Origin: Leptospiraceae bacterium
GTDB taxonomy: Bacteria; Spirochaetota; Leptospiria; Leptospirales; Leptonemataceae
Assembly (NCBI GenBank): GCA_040217195.1
Contig: JAVJNR010000003.1
Location: 96,001-160,000 of the forward strand
Direction of reading: 5' to 3'
DNA: 64,000 nt
In this document: positions 29,564-38,913 of the stretch, one piece after another
Layout of the letters: each line of letters begins with the position of its first letter
Numbering within the stretch: the first letter of the stretch is position 1
The notes under the pieces: model-generated
Databases searched by the model: none
Told to the model about the DNA's origin: nothing
What the model saw: only the letters and a program-made list of their open reading frames with translations
Program-made: the position numbers and the translations under genes

Positions 29564-30304
29564 ATGCGAACATTAGAGAAAGTCCAGATAAACTATAACA
29601 ACACCCTCAGATCATTTGCGCTGGATCGCTGCCTGGCATCCGCGGTTCTTATTTCAAGCTTGATTCTTACGGCCTGCAATCCTGGCGAAGAGCAAAGCAA
29701 AGTTGAAATGCAAAACCAGGATACGAAAGCACCTGCAATTCTATTCTTAGGAGATAGCCTCACTGCCGGTCTGGGACTGGAGAAGTTTCAGGCTGCACCG
29801 GCACTCATTCAGCAAAAAATAGATAAAGAAGGCTGGAATCTAAGAGTAATCAATGCTGGAGTATCCGGTGATACCACCTCTGGCGGCCTTTCCCGTCTGG
29901 ACTGGTATCTGCGAAAAGAAAATGAAATCAAATTTCTAATCATTGGCCTGGGATCGAACGATGGCATGCGAGGACTGTCCATTCCAGAAATGCGCAGGAA
30001 CCTGGTGGATATCGTCGAAAAGACCCGGAAGTTTGATTCAGATATTGAGATTTTTCTCTACGAACTTCATACCTTTCCCAGCATGGGACCAGATTATGCG
30101 AATCGCTTTCAAGCGGTGTTTCCACAACTGGCCCGGGAACTGGACTTACATTTAGTTGCCTTTCCCTTAAAAGGGGTCGCCGGTCAGGATAACCTGAATC
30201 AAAACGATGGTATCCATCCAAACGTTGAAGGGACCAAAATCATGGCTCAAAATATCTGGAATAGCATCAGGCCAGTCCTTGCAAAATCTGTCGGAGAAAA
30301 GTAG
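29564..30304 (+). CDS. Arylesterase / SGNH (GDSL) hydrolase, lipoprotein
   Basis: GDSLTAG, NAGVSGDTT, LGSNDG, DGIHPN; LTAC lipobox. Confidence 0.93.
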   Translation: MRTLEKVQINYNNTLRSFALDRCLASAVLISSLILTACNPGEEQSKVEMQNQDTKAPAILFLGDSLTAGLGLEKFQAAPALIQQKIDKEGWNLRVINAGVSGDTTSGGLSRLDWYLRKENEIKFLIIGLGSNDGMRGLSIPEMRRNLVDIVEKTRKFDSDIEIFLYELHTFPSMGPDYANRFQAVFPQLARELDLHLVAFPLKGVAGQDNLNQNDGIHPNVEGTKIMAQNIWNSIRPVLAKSVGEK

Positions 30305-30355
30305 AAGCAAGAGTAAGCAGAGATGCCGGATTCCTGGCCAGGACAGCCGGGGTCC

Positions 30356-30471
30356 GATATATCCGGACTTCCGGCGCAGGTAGCCAAAAAAATTCAAGTA
30401 AATCCAGACCTCCGGGCCCGGTCGGCCAGAAAGAACAAAGATATATCCGGACTTCCAGGCGCAGTCAGCCA
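30356..30471. repeat. Imperfect direct repeats in a convergent intergenic region
   Basis: GATATATCCGGACTTCC at 30356 and 30440, each followed by GGCGCAG..AGCCA, with a degenerate copy between. Confidence 0.6.
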
Positions 30472-30562
30472 GATGCAGATAAAGGAAATGGAAGCCTTCA
30501 GACCCTCGGCTACAAATCGTTTCCTGAGCCAGATGCTTTAAGATTGGAATCCAGCGCGAAAC

Positions 30563-31906
30563 TCAAAGTAGATTACGAGCCTTGATCCTGAGATATTCGT
30601 TGATGATTCCTGCATTTAAATCTTCAGGAAGCGTATCCATAACCAAAACGCCTCGATTTCTTAACTTCTGCTGGAGCTCCGATTTCCAGAGTAGATAGTC
30701 TGCCACATTGGATTGAAAGAAAGCTTCATCCAGTGTTTCCGGTGGATGGTCCAGGCTATGATGTAAATCCGGTGGATTGAGCATCACTGCAAAAGGCAGA
30801 TGTTTCCCGCTGAGAGTACCCAGATAAGCATGAACCATATCTGCCGTTCGATCATCGATAATTGTAGTGAGCAATATGAGCAATGTGCGTTTTCTCAGAA
30901 CTGTATTCAGGAATCGAAAAGCACCTTCATAGTCGCTTTCTGTATAATCTGCTTCCAGGTCATAGGCCGCCTGCACTATCTTCTCCCGGTTGTTCCGCGC
31001 CGGTTTAACATATCTGAGCACACGGTTGGAGAAGGCCAGAAAGCCAACCCGATCCTGCTGTCTTTCTGCAACTGCGGAGAGCAACAATGAACCATTGATG
31101 GCATAATCCAGATAGCTTCTGGCATCATCCGTGGCAGTCATTGTTCTGCCACAATCCACCAGAAATAGAACACTCTGGTTCCGATTCATTTCGTATTCAC
31201 GAACAATTAGCTTTTGATTTCGAGCTGTGGCCTTCCAGTCTATGTGGCGAAACTCATCGTCTCTGGTATAGTCCCGGAGTCTTTCAAATTCCTGATCCCC
31301 TCCTCGACGGCGAAACTTGCGCACACCCATCAGGCCCAGATGGCTCTTACGAGCCAGAAGCAGGTAGCGGCTAATGGCTTTCAAATCCGGATATACTCGC
31401 ACATCGGTGGAGCAAGGCATTACGTGGATTCTTCGCATGAGCCCCACCAGAGAAAAGCAAGTTAGATATACATGGCGAAACTGATACAATCCTCTTCTGG
31501 CTATCCTAATACGATAGGAAAGACTGTTGATTCCTCTGCGAAACCGACCCTCAAAAGGCATTCCATATTCTCTGGCCTGGTCGAATTCATGATCGGCCAC
31601 TTTTATACGGAAACTGCCCTGCAGCGTTCGGCGAACATGTACATCCAGAGTAATATGATGTCTGAATCCCTGAGAAAAGATTCTATCAGTCTTGCGTTCC
31701 ACGTAGAATCTTTTTTTTCCAGGAATGGTGAATGCATCCAGCAGTCCGAATACAGCCCAGAAGGCAAGTGCGCCCAGAATAATAAGTCTGGCTGGATCAT
31801 AATAAATACGAAGGGAGGGCAGGAAATACAGTGTCCCCGCAGTGCCAGCCGATACAACGGCCAGCACCAGCAAAGGATACCAGAATCGATTCGTAGGATA
31901 GAACAT
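30563..31906 (-). CDS. DUF58 domain protein (vWA-like MoxR partner)
   Basis: EFERLRDY..DDEFRHIDWKATAR, VDCGRTM, DRVGFLAF. Confidence 0.92.
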   Translation of the reverse strand: MFYPTNRFWYPLLVLAVVSAGTAGTLYFLPSLRIYYDPARLIILGALAFWAVFGLLDAFTIPGKKRFYVERKTDRIFSQGFRHHITLDVHVRRTLQGSFRIKVADHEFDQAREYGMPFEGRFRRGINSLSYRIRIARRGLYQFRHVYLTCFSLVGLMRRIHVMPCSTDVRVYPDLKAISRYLLLARKSHLGLMGVRKFRRRGGDQEFERLRDYTRDDEFRHIDWKATARNQKLIVREYEMNRNQSVLFLVDCGRTMTATDDARSYLDYAINGSLLLSAVAERQQDRVGFLAFSNRVLRYVKPARNNREKIVQAAYDLEADYTESDYEGAFRFLNTVLRKRTLLILLTTIIDDRTADMVHAYLGTLSGKHLPFAVMLNPPDLHHSLDHPPETLDEAFFQSNVADYLLWKSELQQKLRNRGVLVMDTLPEDLNAGIINEYLRIKARNLL

Positions 31907-31907
31907 C

Positions 31908-32870
31908 TCAGGTTCCGGGCACTTCCACGCTTTCCAGTAAGCTGTTGACTACATCGTCTGGTTTCATTCCCTCCACTTCGCTTTCCGGAGTAAGCATCAA
32001 TCTATGACGAAAGCATGCAGGTGCCAGTTCCTTAATATCATCTGCGATCACATAGTCCCGACCGTCCATCAGTGCAATTACTCGAGCGGTTCGTATTAGA
32101 GCTATCCCCGCTCGTGGGGAACATCCAAGCTGGACCTCGATTCGTTTGCGACTTTCGCGCACAAGACGATTAACATATTCCAGAATGCTGTCGGAAAGGG
32201 TAACTTTTTCGCAGAGCTGCATGGCATGAAGCACCCCCTTTGAATCCATAATAGGCTCCAGCTTTTCTGGTTCAGGTTCTCCCTGCCCTGCATGTTGCGA
32301 ATAGATGCGAAACTCATCCATTTCAGCAGGATAATCAATAAACAATTTTACAAGGAATCGATCCAGCTGAGCTTCTGGCAGGTTATAAGTGCCTTCCGAT
32401 TCCACTGGATTCTGGGTAGCCATAACAAAGAACGGTGCATCTACCTGAAAGGTGCTGTTATCCACTGTTATAGTGCCTTCCTGCATGATTTCAAGCAAAG
32501 CCGAATGGGTCTTGGCCGGGGCACGATTAATTTCATCTGCCAGAAGAAGGTTGGTAAATACTGGTCCTTTATAGAATACAAATTTCTGATCTTTCTGATC
32601 GTAGATATGCGAACCAGTAATATCTGAAGGCATTAGGTCGGGCGTAAATTGAATTCGGTTAAAATCACATCCCAGCAGACTTCCCAGAGTCCGCACCAGC
32701 AAAGTCTTACCCAGGCCCGGCACACCTTCTATCAAAGCATGTCCTCCACCGAACAGGGCAGCCAGGATTCCACGGACCAGCTCTTCCTGCCCAACGTAAA
32801 CTCTGGACATTTGCTCCTTTAGTTTTCGAATTACATCGCGCATCTGCGCCTGTTCCTGCTCGCCTAACAT
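31908..32870 (-). CDS. MoxR-family AAA+ ATPase
   Basis: EGVPGLGKT, RIQFTPDLMPSD, LADEINRA, ATQNPVE, AQLDRF. Confidence 0.96.
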   Translation of the reverse strand: MLGEQEQAQMRDVIRKLKEQMSRVYVGQEELVRGILAALFGGGHALIEGVPGLGKTLLVRTLGSLLGCDFNRIQFTPDLMPSDITGSHIYDQKDQKFVFYKGPVFTNLLLADEINRAPAKTHSALLEIMQEGTITVDNSTFQVDAPFFVMATQNPVESEGTYNLPEAQLDRFLVKLFIDYPAEMDEFRIYSQHAGQGEPEPEKLEPIMDSKGVLHAMQLCEKVTLSDSILEYVNRLVRESRKRIEVQLGCSPRAGIALIRTARVIALMDGRDYVIADDIKELAPACFRHRLMLTPESEVEGMKPDDVVNSLLESVEVPGT

Positions 32871-32873
32871 TAT

Positions 32874-34292
32874 TTACTCCCAGAGTTTTCGCATCCTGTT
32901 TAGAATGGTTTCCTCATCAACTTTGATATTCTGTTTTAGTTCCGGAAATACGGTATCAATACTCTGCTTTTTCTTCCAACGACTCAGCGGTGCCAGACCC
33001 TGTATACGATTCCTGGATCGCACCATACGACTTCCCAGAGCCTCGAAGTGTTCTTTGAAGTTTCTGGTGCCGGATTCCTGGGGCTGCAGTGGGGTTCTTT
33101 CATGGGGGAACCTGGCCCAGATAAAAACAATTAGAACCAGTATGAACTGTAGAAGTATGAGTCCCCAGGGCTCCTCTGCCAGAAGGAAGATTAAGCTCCT
33201 TTCCTCGGTGGCCCGCCTGCCGGCATTCACCAGACCTCGCTCCACATAGGTAACCTTTAACTTACCTTCTCTGACCGGATTTTCGCTCACTGCATGAAGC
33301 ATAAATGCTAGAAAGGATACGTTTTCCGATCGGGCCATATGCCAGTTCAGGAAAGGTTCACTGCCAGCCAGGATATAGACCGGAATTTGACCGTATTGTA
33401 TTCGTACCAGCAATGGTCTGCCGGCCACGGAAATGATGGTTCTATGTCCGGTTCGATACAATCTGTAATCACTCAGCTCTGTAATAGTTTCTTCGTCCAG
33501 TTCCGATTCCGGGATATTCACCGGCCCAAATCCTGGCTGTTTTGAAGGCTGCATTGAACGACGCACCGGCAACTGCATGGGAAGATTGCCGAATCTCTCT
33601 TTTGCGGATTCTAGATCCGGCACATCGGATCGCCAGTGAGGATAGTAATTCCAGGAACGATCCTGCTCTGGCATCTCAATTTTGGAATACCATTGATTCA
33701 TCGGAGGCCAGTTATCTTCGCTTAGAATGGGAATATCGCCCTGAAATTTCACAGGAAGCTCGGACGGAAATCGGTCTTCTGATCTGGGGCGGGTTTGTTC
33801 CATACCTAGAATGGGAGGATAAACCTCTCGCTGCCTATAGGTTCTGGCTATTTCATAGGCGGTTATCTTTTCTGCTATCTCACGGGCCGGGGTTTCCTCG
33901 GGCATATCCAGAGCAATCTTGCGCCAGACTTCTGCATTTGCATCGGTGTCCTTTAATATAATGAGCAAGGAAGCGCGGCTCTTTACTTCCTCATCGTCCC
34001 AACGATTGTTTAGCTCATTTAGAAGAGGTACCAACCTCTGGAATGCATCATCTCTTCCGTATCGATCCAGATATAGGATCACATCCTGCTGCTCGAAAAA
34101 TGAAGATTCCAGAAAACCCTTTCTCTGCAGATCAACATTCTGGCCCACCGCTTCTTCGAATAGATCAAATCCATTCACGCTTTCCACATTATCCAGGCCA
34201 TAATATTCCACAACCAGGGGATCCTGGCAGCCGATTAGAAAGAGGGCCAGGGTACCCACCACCGTTGGAACGTTTAAACGAAGAGCAGACAT
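32874..34292 (-). CDS. DUF4350-like lipoprotein/membrane protein
   Basis: LIGC lipobox, SVNG motif, FLN..M...EN motif, TM then F.EH.EALG tail; position in the MoxR operon. Confidence 0.7.
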   Translation of the reverse strand: MSALRLNVPTVVGTLALFLIGCQDPLVVEYYGLDNVESVNGFDLFEEAVGQNVDLQRKGFLESSFFEQQDVILYLDRYGRDDAFQRLVPLLNELNNRWDDEEVKSRASLLIILKDTDANAEVWRKIALDMPEETPAREIAEKITAYEIARTYRQREVYPPILGMEQTRPRSEDRFPSELPVKFQGDIPILSEDNWPPMNQWYSKIEMPEQDRSWNYYPHWRSDVPDLESAKERFGNLPMQLPVRRSMQPSKQPGFGPVNIPESELDEETITELSDYRLYRTGHRTIISVAGRPLLVRIQYGQIPVYILAGSEPFLNWHMARSENVSFLAFMLHAVSENPVREGKLKVTYVERGLVNAGRRATEERSLIFLLAEEPWGLILLQFILVLIVFIWARFPHERTPLQPQESGTRNFKEHFEALGSRMVRSRNRIQGLAPLSRWKKKQSIDTVFPELKQNIKVDEETILNRMRKLWE

Positions 34293-35146
34293 TAACGGCC
34301 CACCCCTTGCAATTGCTTTTCCATCCGGTGGATTAACTGACGGTAGAAGTCCGGCGATCGCGGTCTCAAAGCATACACGGTTTCCTCGAAGGCTGGCGAT
34401 AGATCATCGGCCAGCTCAACGAATGAAGTGGGGGCCACATTGCGCACCAGACGTTGGAATTCCCGTGGAGTAAAGCCAGTCCGTCTGGCCAGATACTTTT
34501 CCGAATGACTGAAGCGAACTAGAATTTCAAGCAGTGTTTCCATTACATCGGAAAACCGCCCTTCCTCCAGAGCCCTGATTGCATCATCGAAGAGAGGATC
34601 TCTTTTGCGGACCTGCTCGGTAGAATGGGCCAGATCCGGTAAATCCGTTTCCGTGGACCGAGCTCTACGTTGAAAAGAAACTCCGTTTCGAAACAGGTAA
34701 AAAAGAAGTAAGACGACTACAGCCCCCAGGGCCACCCATAGAATGATAATTGGATTAAAGACCGGCAAACCACCGCTACTACGCTCCCTTTCCGGACGCT
34801 TCCGGGTATAGGGCTCCAGGTCCTCCTCGGTATAAGTTCTGTAGTCCCGATTTTCAAAATCATACCAGGACATTTCCTTGAGCTTCTTTTCGTAGGTACT
34901 TAAATCCTCTTTCGAATCGCCAGACCCTGGAATAAAATCAGCTGCATCTTCGCAGGAAATAGAAGCTAGACCAAGAAAGGAAATTAAGATCAAAGCGCAG
35001 ATGCGAGGCATCGAACGCAAAAAAGGGTTAGCAGAATAACGGTTGGCACTACTATTGCTGCGAACCGTGCTACCATGTGGCGAAATGCATTTTTTCAGGT
35101 ACATCCCTGGTTGCCAAAAATACGATCTAAGAAAATCCCCCCCCAT
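34292..35146 (-). CDS. DUF4129-like membrane protein
   Basis: Single TM helix and C-terminal TPREF...FEETVY motif; operon context. Start may be ATG 35011. Confidence 0.7.
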   Translation of the reverse strand: MGGDFLRSYFWQPGMYLKKCISPHGSTVRSNSSANRYSANPFLRSMPRICALILISFLGLASISCEDAADFIPGSGDSKEDLSTYEKKLKEMSWYDFENRDYRTYTEEDLEPYTRKRPERERSSGGLPVFNPIIILWVALGAVVVLLLFYLFRNGVSFQRRARSTETDLPDLAHSTEQVRKRDPLFDDAIRALEEGRFSDVMETLLEILVRFSHSEKYLARRTGFTPREFQRLVRNVAPTSFVELADDLSPAFEETVYALRPRSPDFYRQLIHRMEKQLQGVGR

Positions 35147-35979
35147 CAGGAAATCCTCTTTTGAGAAGTCATTTCATCCAGACCTCGGATGAATTGTAAT
35201 TCCAGGTCCCAGCCCTCCAGGAAAGTTCGCGCATCCACATAGAACAGGAATCTGGACACAGCAAAGAATATAGAGTAGCAAAAGACTAGAAAGATAAACA
35301 GCAAAGAACTCAGCGAAAAGGATGTATACGATTCATAGTTTTGAATCCTCAGTATTTCAAAAACGGCTTCAAAAAAGGAAAAGGCCAGAAAGATGGCAAT
35401 CCAGAATAAAATAAGATGAAATAGCCAGAAGGTAAACACCTGCAATGCACTGGTAAGAGATGAAATCCTCTTTCGCATGTCCTTTCCACGAAGCCCCTCC
35501 AGAAAAAGCACCTCGGGCCTGTAGAAGCCTCTAATCAGAACATTCCATATTGTAATTAGAAGTGGAGCCAGAATGGTGAGCTGAATAAAATATGGAATTA
35601 CAATGCGAAAGATAAAAGGAAAGAGAGTGCGAAATGTATCCTTCCAGATTGTCTTGTCCTTTACATCGGCTTCAAAAAGCCAGCGGGCATTCATGTGAAA
35701 AATGGGGATCTGCAACACCATGACCTGAAGCATCAATACAGGTAGCATGAGAATCTGAACTACCTCCGGATCTCCTTCCGAAGAGGTTTCCAGCAGCAGA
35801 ATCAGCCCGGCATCTACCAGAAGAAACAATATCATCACAGGTAACAGAATTCGAATTATCTGCCCCAGCTTTTCCCGGATTACTACAAAGGCAAAATCCA
35901 GGATTTCCTCTGCTCTTCGTTTACGTAGCTCGTATTGTATCCGTCGTACGTCCAGAATGAGCCCTCCAGCCCAGAACAA
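35146..35979 (-). CDS. Conserved membrane protein of the SpoIIM/MoxR operon
   Basis: LRKR...EILD N-terminus, several TMs, YVDARTFLEGWDLEL C-terminal motif. Start uncertain. Confidence 0.72.
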   Translation of the reverse strand: MFWAGGLILDVRRIQYELRKRRAEEILDFAFVVIREKLGQIIRILLPVMILFLLVDAGLILLLETSSEGDPEVVQILMLPVLMLQVMVLQIPIFHMNARWLFEADVKDKTIWKDTFRTLFPFIFRIVIPYFIQLTILAPLLITIWNVLIRGFYRPEVLFLEGLRGKDMRKRISSLTSALQVFTFWLFHLILFWIAIFLAFSFFEAVFEILRIQNYESYTSFSLSSLLFIFLVFCYSIFFAVSRFLFYVDARTFLEGWDLELQFIRGLDEMTSQKRIS

Positions 35980-36904
35980 TGAAATAAAGGAACAGAATCA
36001 ATAGACAGGTGCCCCCAATGGCTCCCTTTACATAAGTTGGCAGATCCGAAGGAGCAACAAATCCCTCAATGAAAGCCGCGATAAAAGTCAAAATCACATC
36101 TGCTACCAGAGCGGGAACACTTCGTAATCCGGCCTCGGTCACAGCACGAATACGAGTTAGATTGCCGGGACTAAAGAATGCAAAACCTGTTCGCATTCCG
36201 GCTCCTGCAGCCAGACCAATTGCAGTTAATTCAAAGGGACCATGAGCCAATATCCAGTTCAAGATATTGTCTCTTGCCGGAGAATGAAGCAAAAATCCGA
36301 TCAGCGTTCCCAGGTAAAATCCATTGTACACCAGCATGTAAAGCGAGCCAACACCGGCAAGAATTCCCAGCCCATAGCATAGAAGCGATATGCTAAGATT
36401 GTTTAAAACATAGCCGCTACTTCCAATCAAGGCATCGCCTGCACTCAGTTCATCCCTGTCCCCGGAATGCATGGACTCGTACTGCTGCAGGGTTGCCTCG
36501 CCCAGAATGGAGGAAGCGAAATCGCGATACTGATAGCCCAGCACTCCGGTAATGGTAAAAAGTATATAGAAAATCGCAATGCAGCTCCAGGCATATTTGT
36601 CAGAGAATACTCCGGCTGGAAGAGTCTCCAGAAGGAACTTCCGGATTCTACCTCTATCCTTTCTACCGGAATGCAGAAAACTGTGGGCCCGGCTAACCAG
36701 GTTTTGCAATCGATCTGTAAGATCCTCTGGCAGGCGATAAACCGTTGCCAGGGAAAGGTCTGTTGTCACCTTTCGATAGAGTCTGGAAAATTCGCGCAAC
36801 TCCTCCGAGCCGGCTCCCATGGGATTGTATTCCAATTGCTGCAATAAAGTCTGGAAGCGATTCCAATCGGGATTGCATTTCTCTATCCAGGCTGCAGGGG
36901 TCAT
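35921..36904 (-). CDS. SpoIIM (DUF95) family membrane protein
   Basis: LYRKVTTDLS, NNL, YNG..LG, ILAHGPFELTAI, AAFIEGFV. Confidence 0.9.
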   Translation of the reverse strand: MTPAAWIEKCNPDWNRFQTLLQQLEYNPMGAGSEELREFSRLYRKVTTDLSLATVYRLPEDLTDRLQNLVSRAHSFLHSGRKDRGRIRKFLLETLPAGVFSDKYAWSCIAIFYILFTITGVLGYQYRDFASSILGEATLQQYESMHSGDRDELSAGDALIGSSGYVLNNLSISLLCYGLGILAGVGSLYMLVYNGFYLGTLIGFLLHSPARDNILNWILAHGPFELTAIGLAAGAGMRTGFAFFSPGNLTRIRAVTEAGLRSVPALVADVILTFIAAFIEGFVAPSDLPTYVKGAIGGTCLLILFLYFIVLGWRAHSGRTTDTIRAT

Positions 36905-37063
36905 AGGAAAGTCCGATCTACGACGTAGCCAGGTATAGTGGTCAAGAAGAATCCTGCAACTGCCTGCCTTTGCTGTTAAACATCCATCGACTTATTCATT
37001 AAAAAGGGTCAAACCGGCACTTTTTTTCCTTGATTCTAAACAGGCAGAGTTACCATAGATTCC

Positions 37064-38035
37064 ATGCCTCAGCCCATTGATAATGAAGAACTAGAACATG
37101 TACTGCAGAAGTGGACCTCCACACCTTACGGAAGAAAAACCTTCCTGGCAGCAATCCCTACCCTTATGGCCGCCTGCGTTTCCGGAGATAGATCCCGGGA
37201 GGGTGACAACACCGGTCAGGATTCCGCACTTACTGTTGAACAAGAAATGCAGCTCACTAAAGCCGTGCTTCCGGAGCTGGAAAAGGATTTCCCCAGAATG
37301 CAGAATGGAGCTGTACAGGGGTACGTAAATCGCGTAGGTCAAACTATCGTAGCTCGTAATGGACTGGCACGAAATCCATACACTTACACTTTTCGAGTAG
37401 TTGAAGCTCCGTATCCCAATGCATTTGCTCTTCCTGCAGGGACCATCTTCGTTACCCGCCCGCTGGTAGCGATGGCAGAGACCGAAGCAGAACTGGCCGG
37501 AGTGCTGGGACATGAAATAGGCCACATCAAAGCAAGACACACTGCAGAGAGAATGCAGGATGAAAAGGATGACTGGCTTTACACTGGAATCGGAGCCTTG
37601 ATTGGAGCTCTGCTGGGTTACGGCATCGGACGCTCAGCATGTCCCAAAGGCGATAGTGACTGTGTGACCTCGGCCACTCTTATTGGCACCGGACTGGGAG
37701 CCGGAGCCGGGTATCTGATCAGCAAGTATGCATTCTTCGCAAATTCCCAGGAAGATGAAATGGAAGCAGATCGGGTGGCCTTCCGCACAGCCGTAAAGAC
37801 TGGCTACCATAAGGACTATGTTGGAAAGTTCTACGAAAAACTGTACATGATTGAATCCGGCGGTGACGATGAAAGCGAACTGTTTTCAAAACTAAACGAT
37901 GCAATGACCACGCATCCACCGGCAGAAGAGCGAGTGAAGCAAATGCATGAACTGGCCTCATCGGTGGGCGGCGCCGGAAATGGAATAGTCTCCACTCCCT
38001 ATTTCGACAACATTCGAAAAGCCTGCGATGCCTGA
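37064..38035 (+). CDS. M48-family zinc metalloprotease, predicted lipoprotein
   Basis: NAFALPAG, HEIGH, E.EAD, THP; glycine-zipper insert; GRKTFL plus MAAC lipobox. Confidence 0.92.
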   Translation: MPQPIDNEELEHVLQKWTSTPYGRKTFLAAIPTLMAACVSGDRSREGDNTGQDSALTVEQEMQLTKAVLPELEKDFPRMQNGAVQGYVNRVGQTIVARNGLARNPYTYTFRVVEAPYPNAFALPAGTIFVTRPLVAMAETEAELAGVLGHEIGHIKARHTAERMQDEKDDWLYTGIGALIGALLGYGIGRSACPKGDSDCVTSATLIGTGLGAGAGYLISKYAFFANSQEDEMEADRVAFRTAVKTGYHKDYVGKFYEKLYMIESGGDDESELFSKLNDAMTTHPPAEERVKQMHELASSVGGAGNGIVSTPYFDNIRKACDA

Positions 38036-38855
38036 TAGTTCCCACCGATCAGAAATAGAGCAAGCCTTGAGGGCCACAGATTCTGTGGCCCTTTCTTATT
38101 CCTTGACCCGGTCCAATGCCCGGGCTGCTCCGGTGGTGCTGATTCATGGCCTCTTCGGTTCCTCCAGAAACTGGCAATCTATTGCACAGGATCTGTCTGA
38201 TAGAGGTCCGGTTTACAGCATAGATCAGAGAAACCACGGAAATAGTCCGCATACAGAGACGCATACACTTTATGACATGGTTGCCGATCTGAAGCGATGG
38301 CACGATGAAAATCTTTCGCAGAAAGCCGTCTATGTGGGACATTCCATGGGCGGACTGGCAGTCATGGGACTGGCACTGATCTTTCCAGAGCTTGTAGAGA
38401 AACTTGTTGTAGTTGATATCGCCCCTCGTAGCTACGAACCACATCATGACCTGGAGTTTCAGGCCCTGGAAATGGATGTCTCTGGTTTTAAAAGTCGATC
38501 TGAAATAGACCAGGCAATGGCTACCATACATCCAACAGCGGCGGTGCGAAAATTTCTACAGATGAATCTGGACCGGGACTCCAGTGGCTATCGCTGGAGC
38601 ATTAATGTCAGGCCGTTGCGAAAGGCTACCTATCTGGACGGATTTCAACAGCAGTTTCCGGATCTTGTATTTGAAGGACCTGCGCTGATTATTAAAGGTG
38701 AATTGTCCGATTATATTCAGGACAGAGATCGGGAGCTTTTTTCAAGATATTTTCCATCCAGTCGACTGGTTGAATTGAAAGAAGCAGATCACTGGTTGCA
38801 TTACAGCGCCCAGAAAGCCTTTGTACAGACTTTGCGAATGTTTCTGGATGCCTGA
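38028..38855 (+). CDS. Alpha/beta-hydrolase esterase (YbfF-like)
   Basis: IHGLFGS..NW, DQRNHG.S, GHSMGG, VDIAP, HWLH. Confidence 0.9.
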   Translation: MPDSSHRSEIEQALRATDSVALSYSLTRSNARAAPVVLIHGLFGSSRNWQSIAQDLSDRGPVYSIDQRNHGNSPHTETHTLYDMVADLKRWHDENLSQKAVYVGHSMGGLAVMGLALIFPELVEKLVVVDIAPRSYEPHHDLEFQALEMDVSGFKSRSEIDQAMATIHPTAAVRKFLQMNLDRDSSGYRWSINVRPLRKATYLDGFQQQFPDLVFEGPALIIKGELSDYIQDRDRELFSRYFPSSRLVELKEADHWLHYSAQKAFVQTLRMFLDA

Positions 38856-38913
38856 ATTTGGAAGAATCAGACTTGCAAGCTACTAACATGGAACAATGGT
38901 ATAAAGATCTTAG

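Noticed and set aside
30323..30541. 72-aa ORF or mini-CRISPR in the repeat region
   Set aside because: Repeats are degenerate, spacers are short and not CRISPR-like, no cas genes are present, and the ORF simply reflects the repeats.
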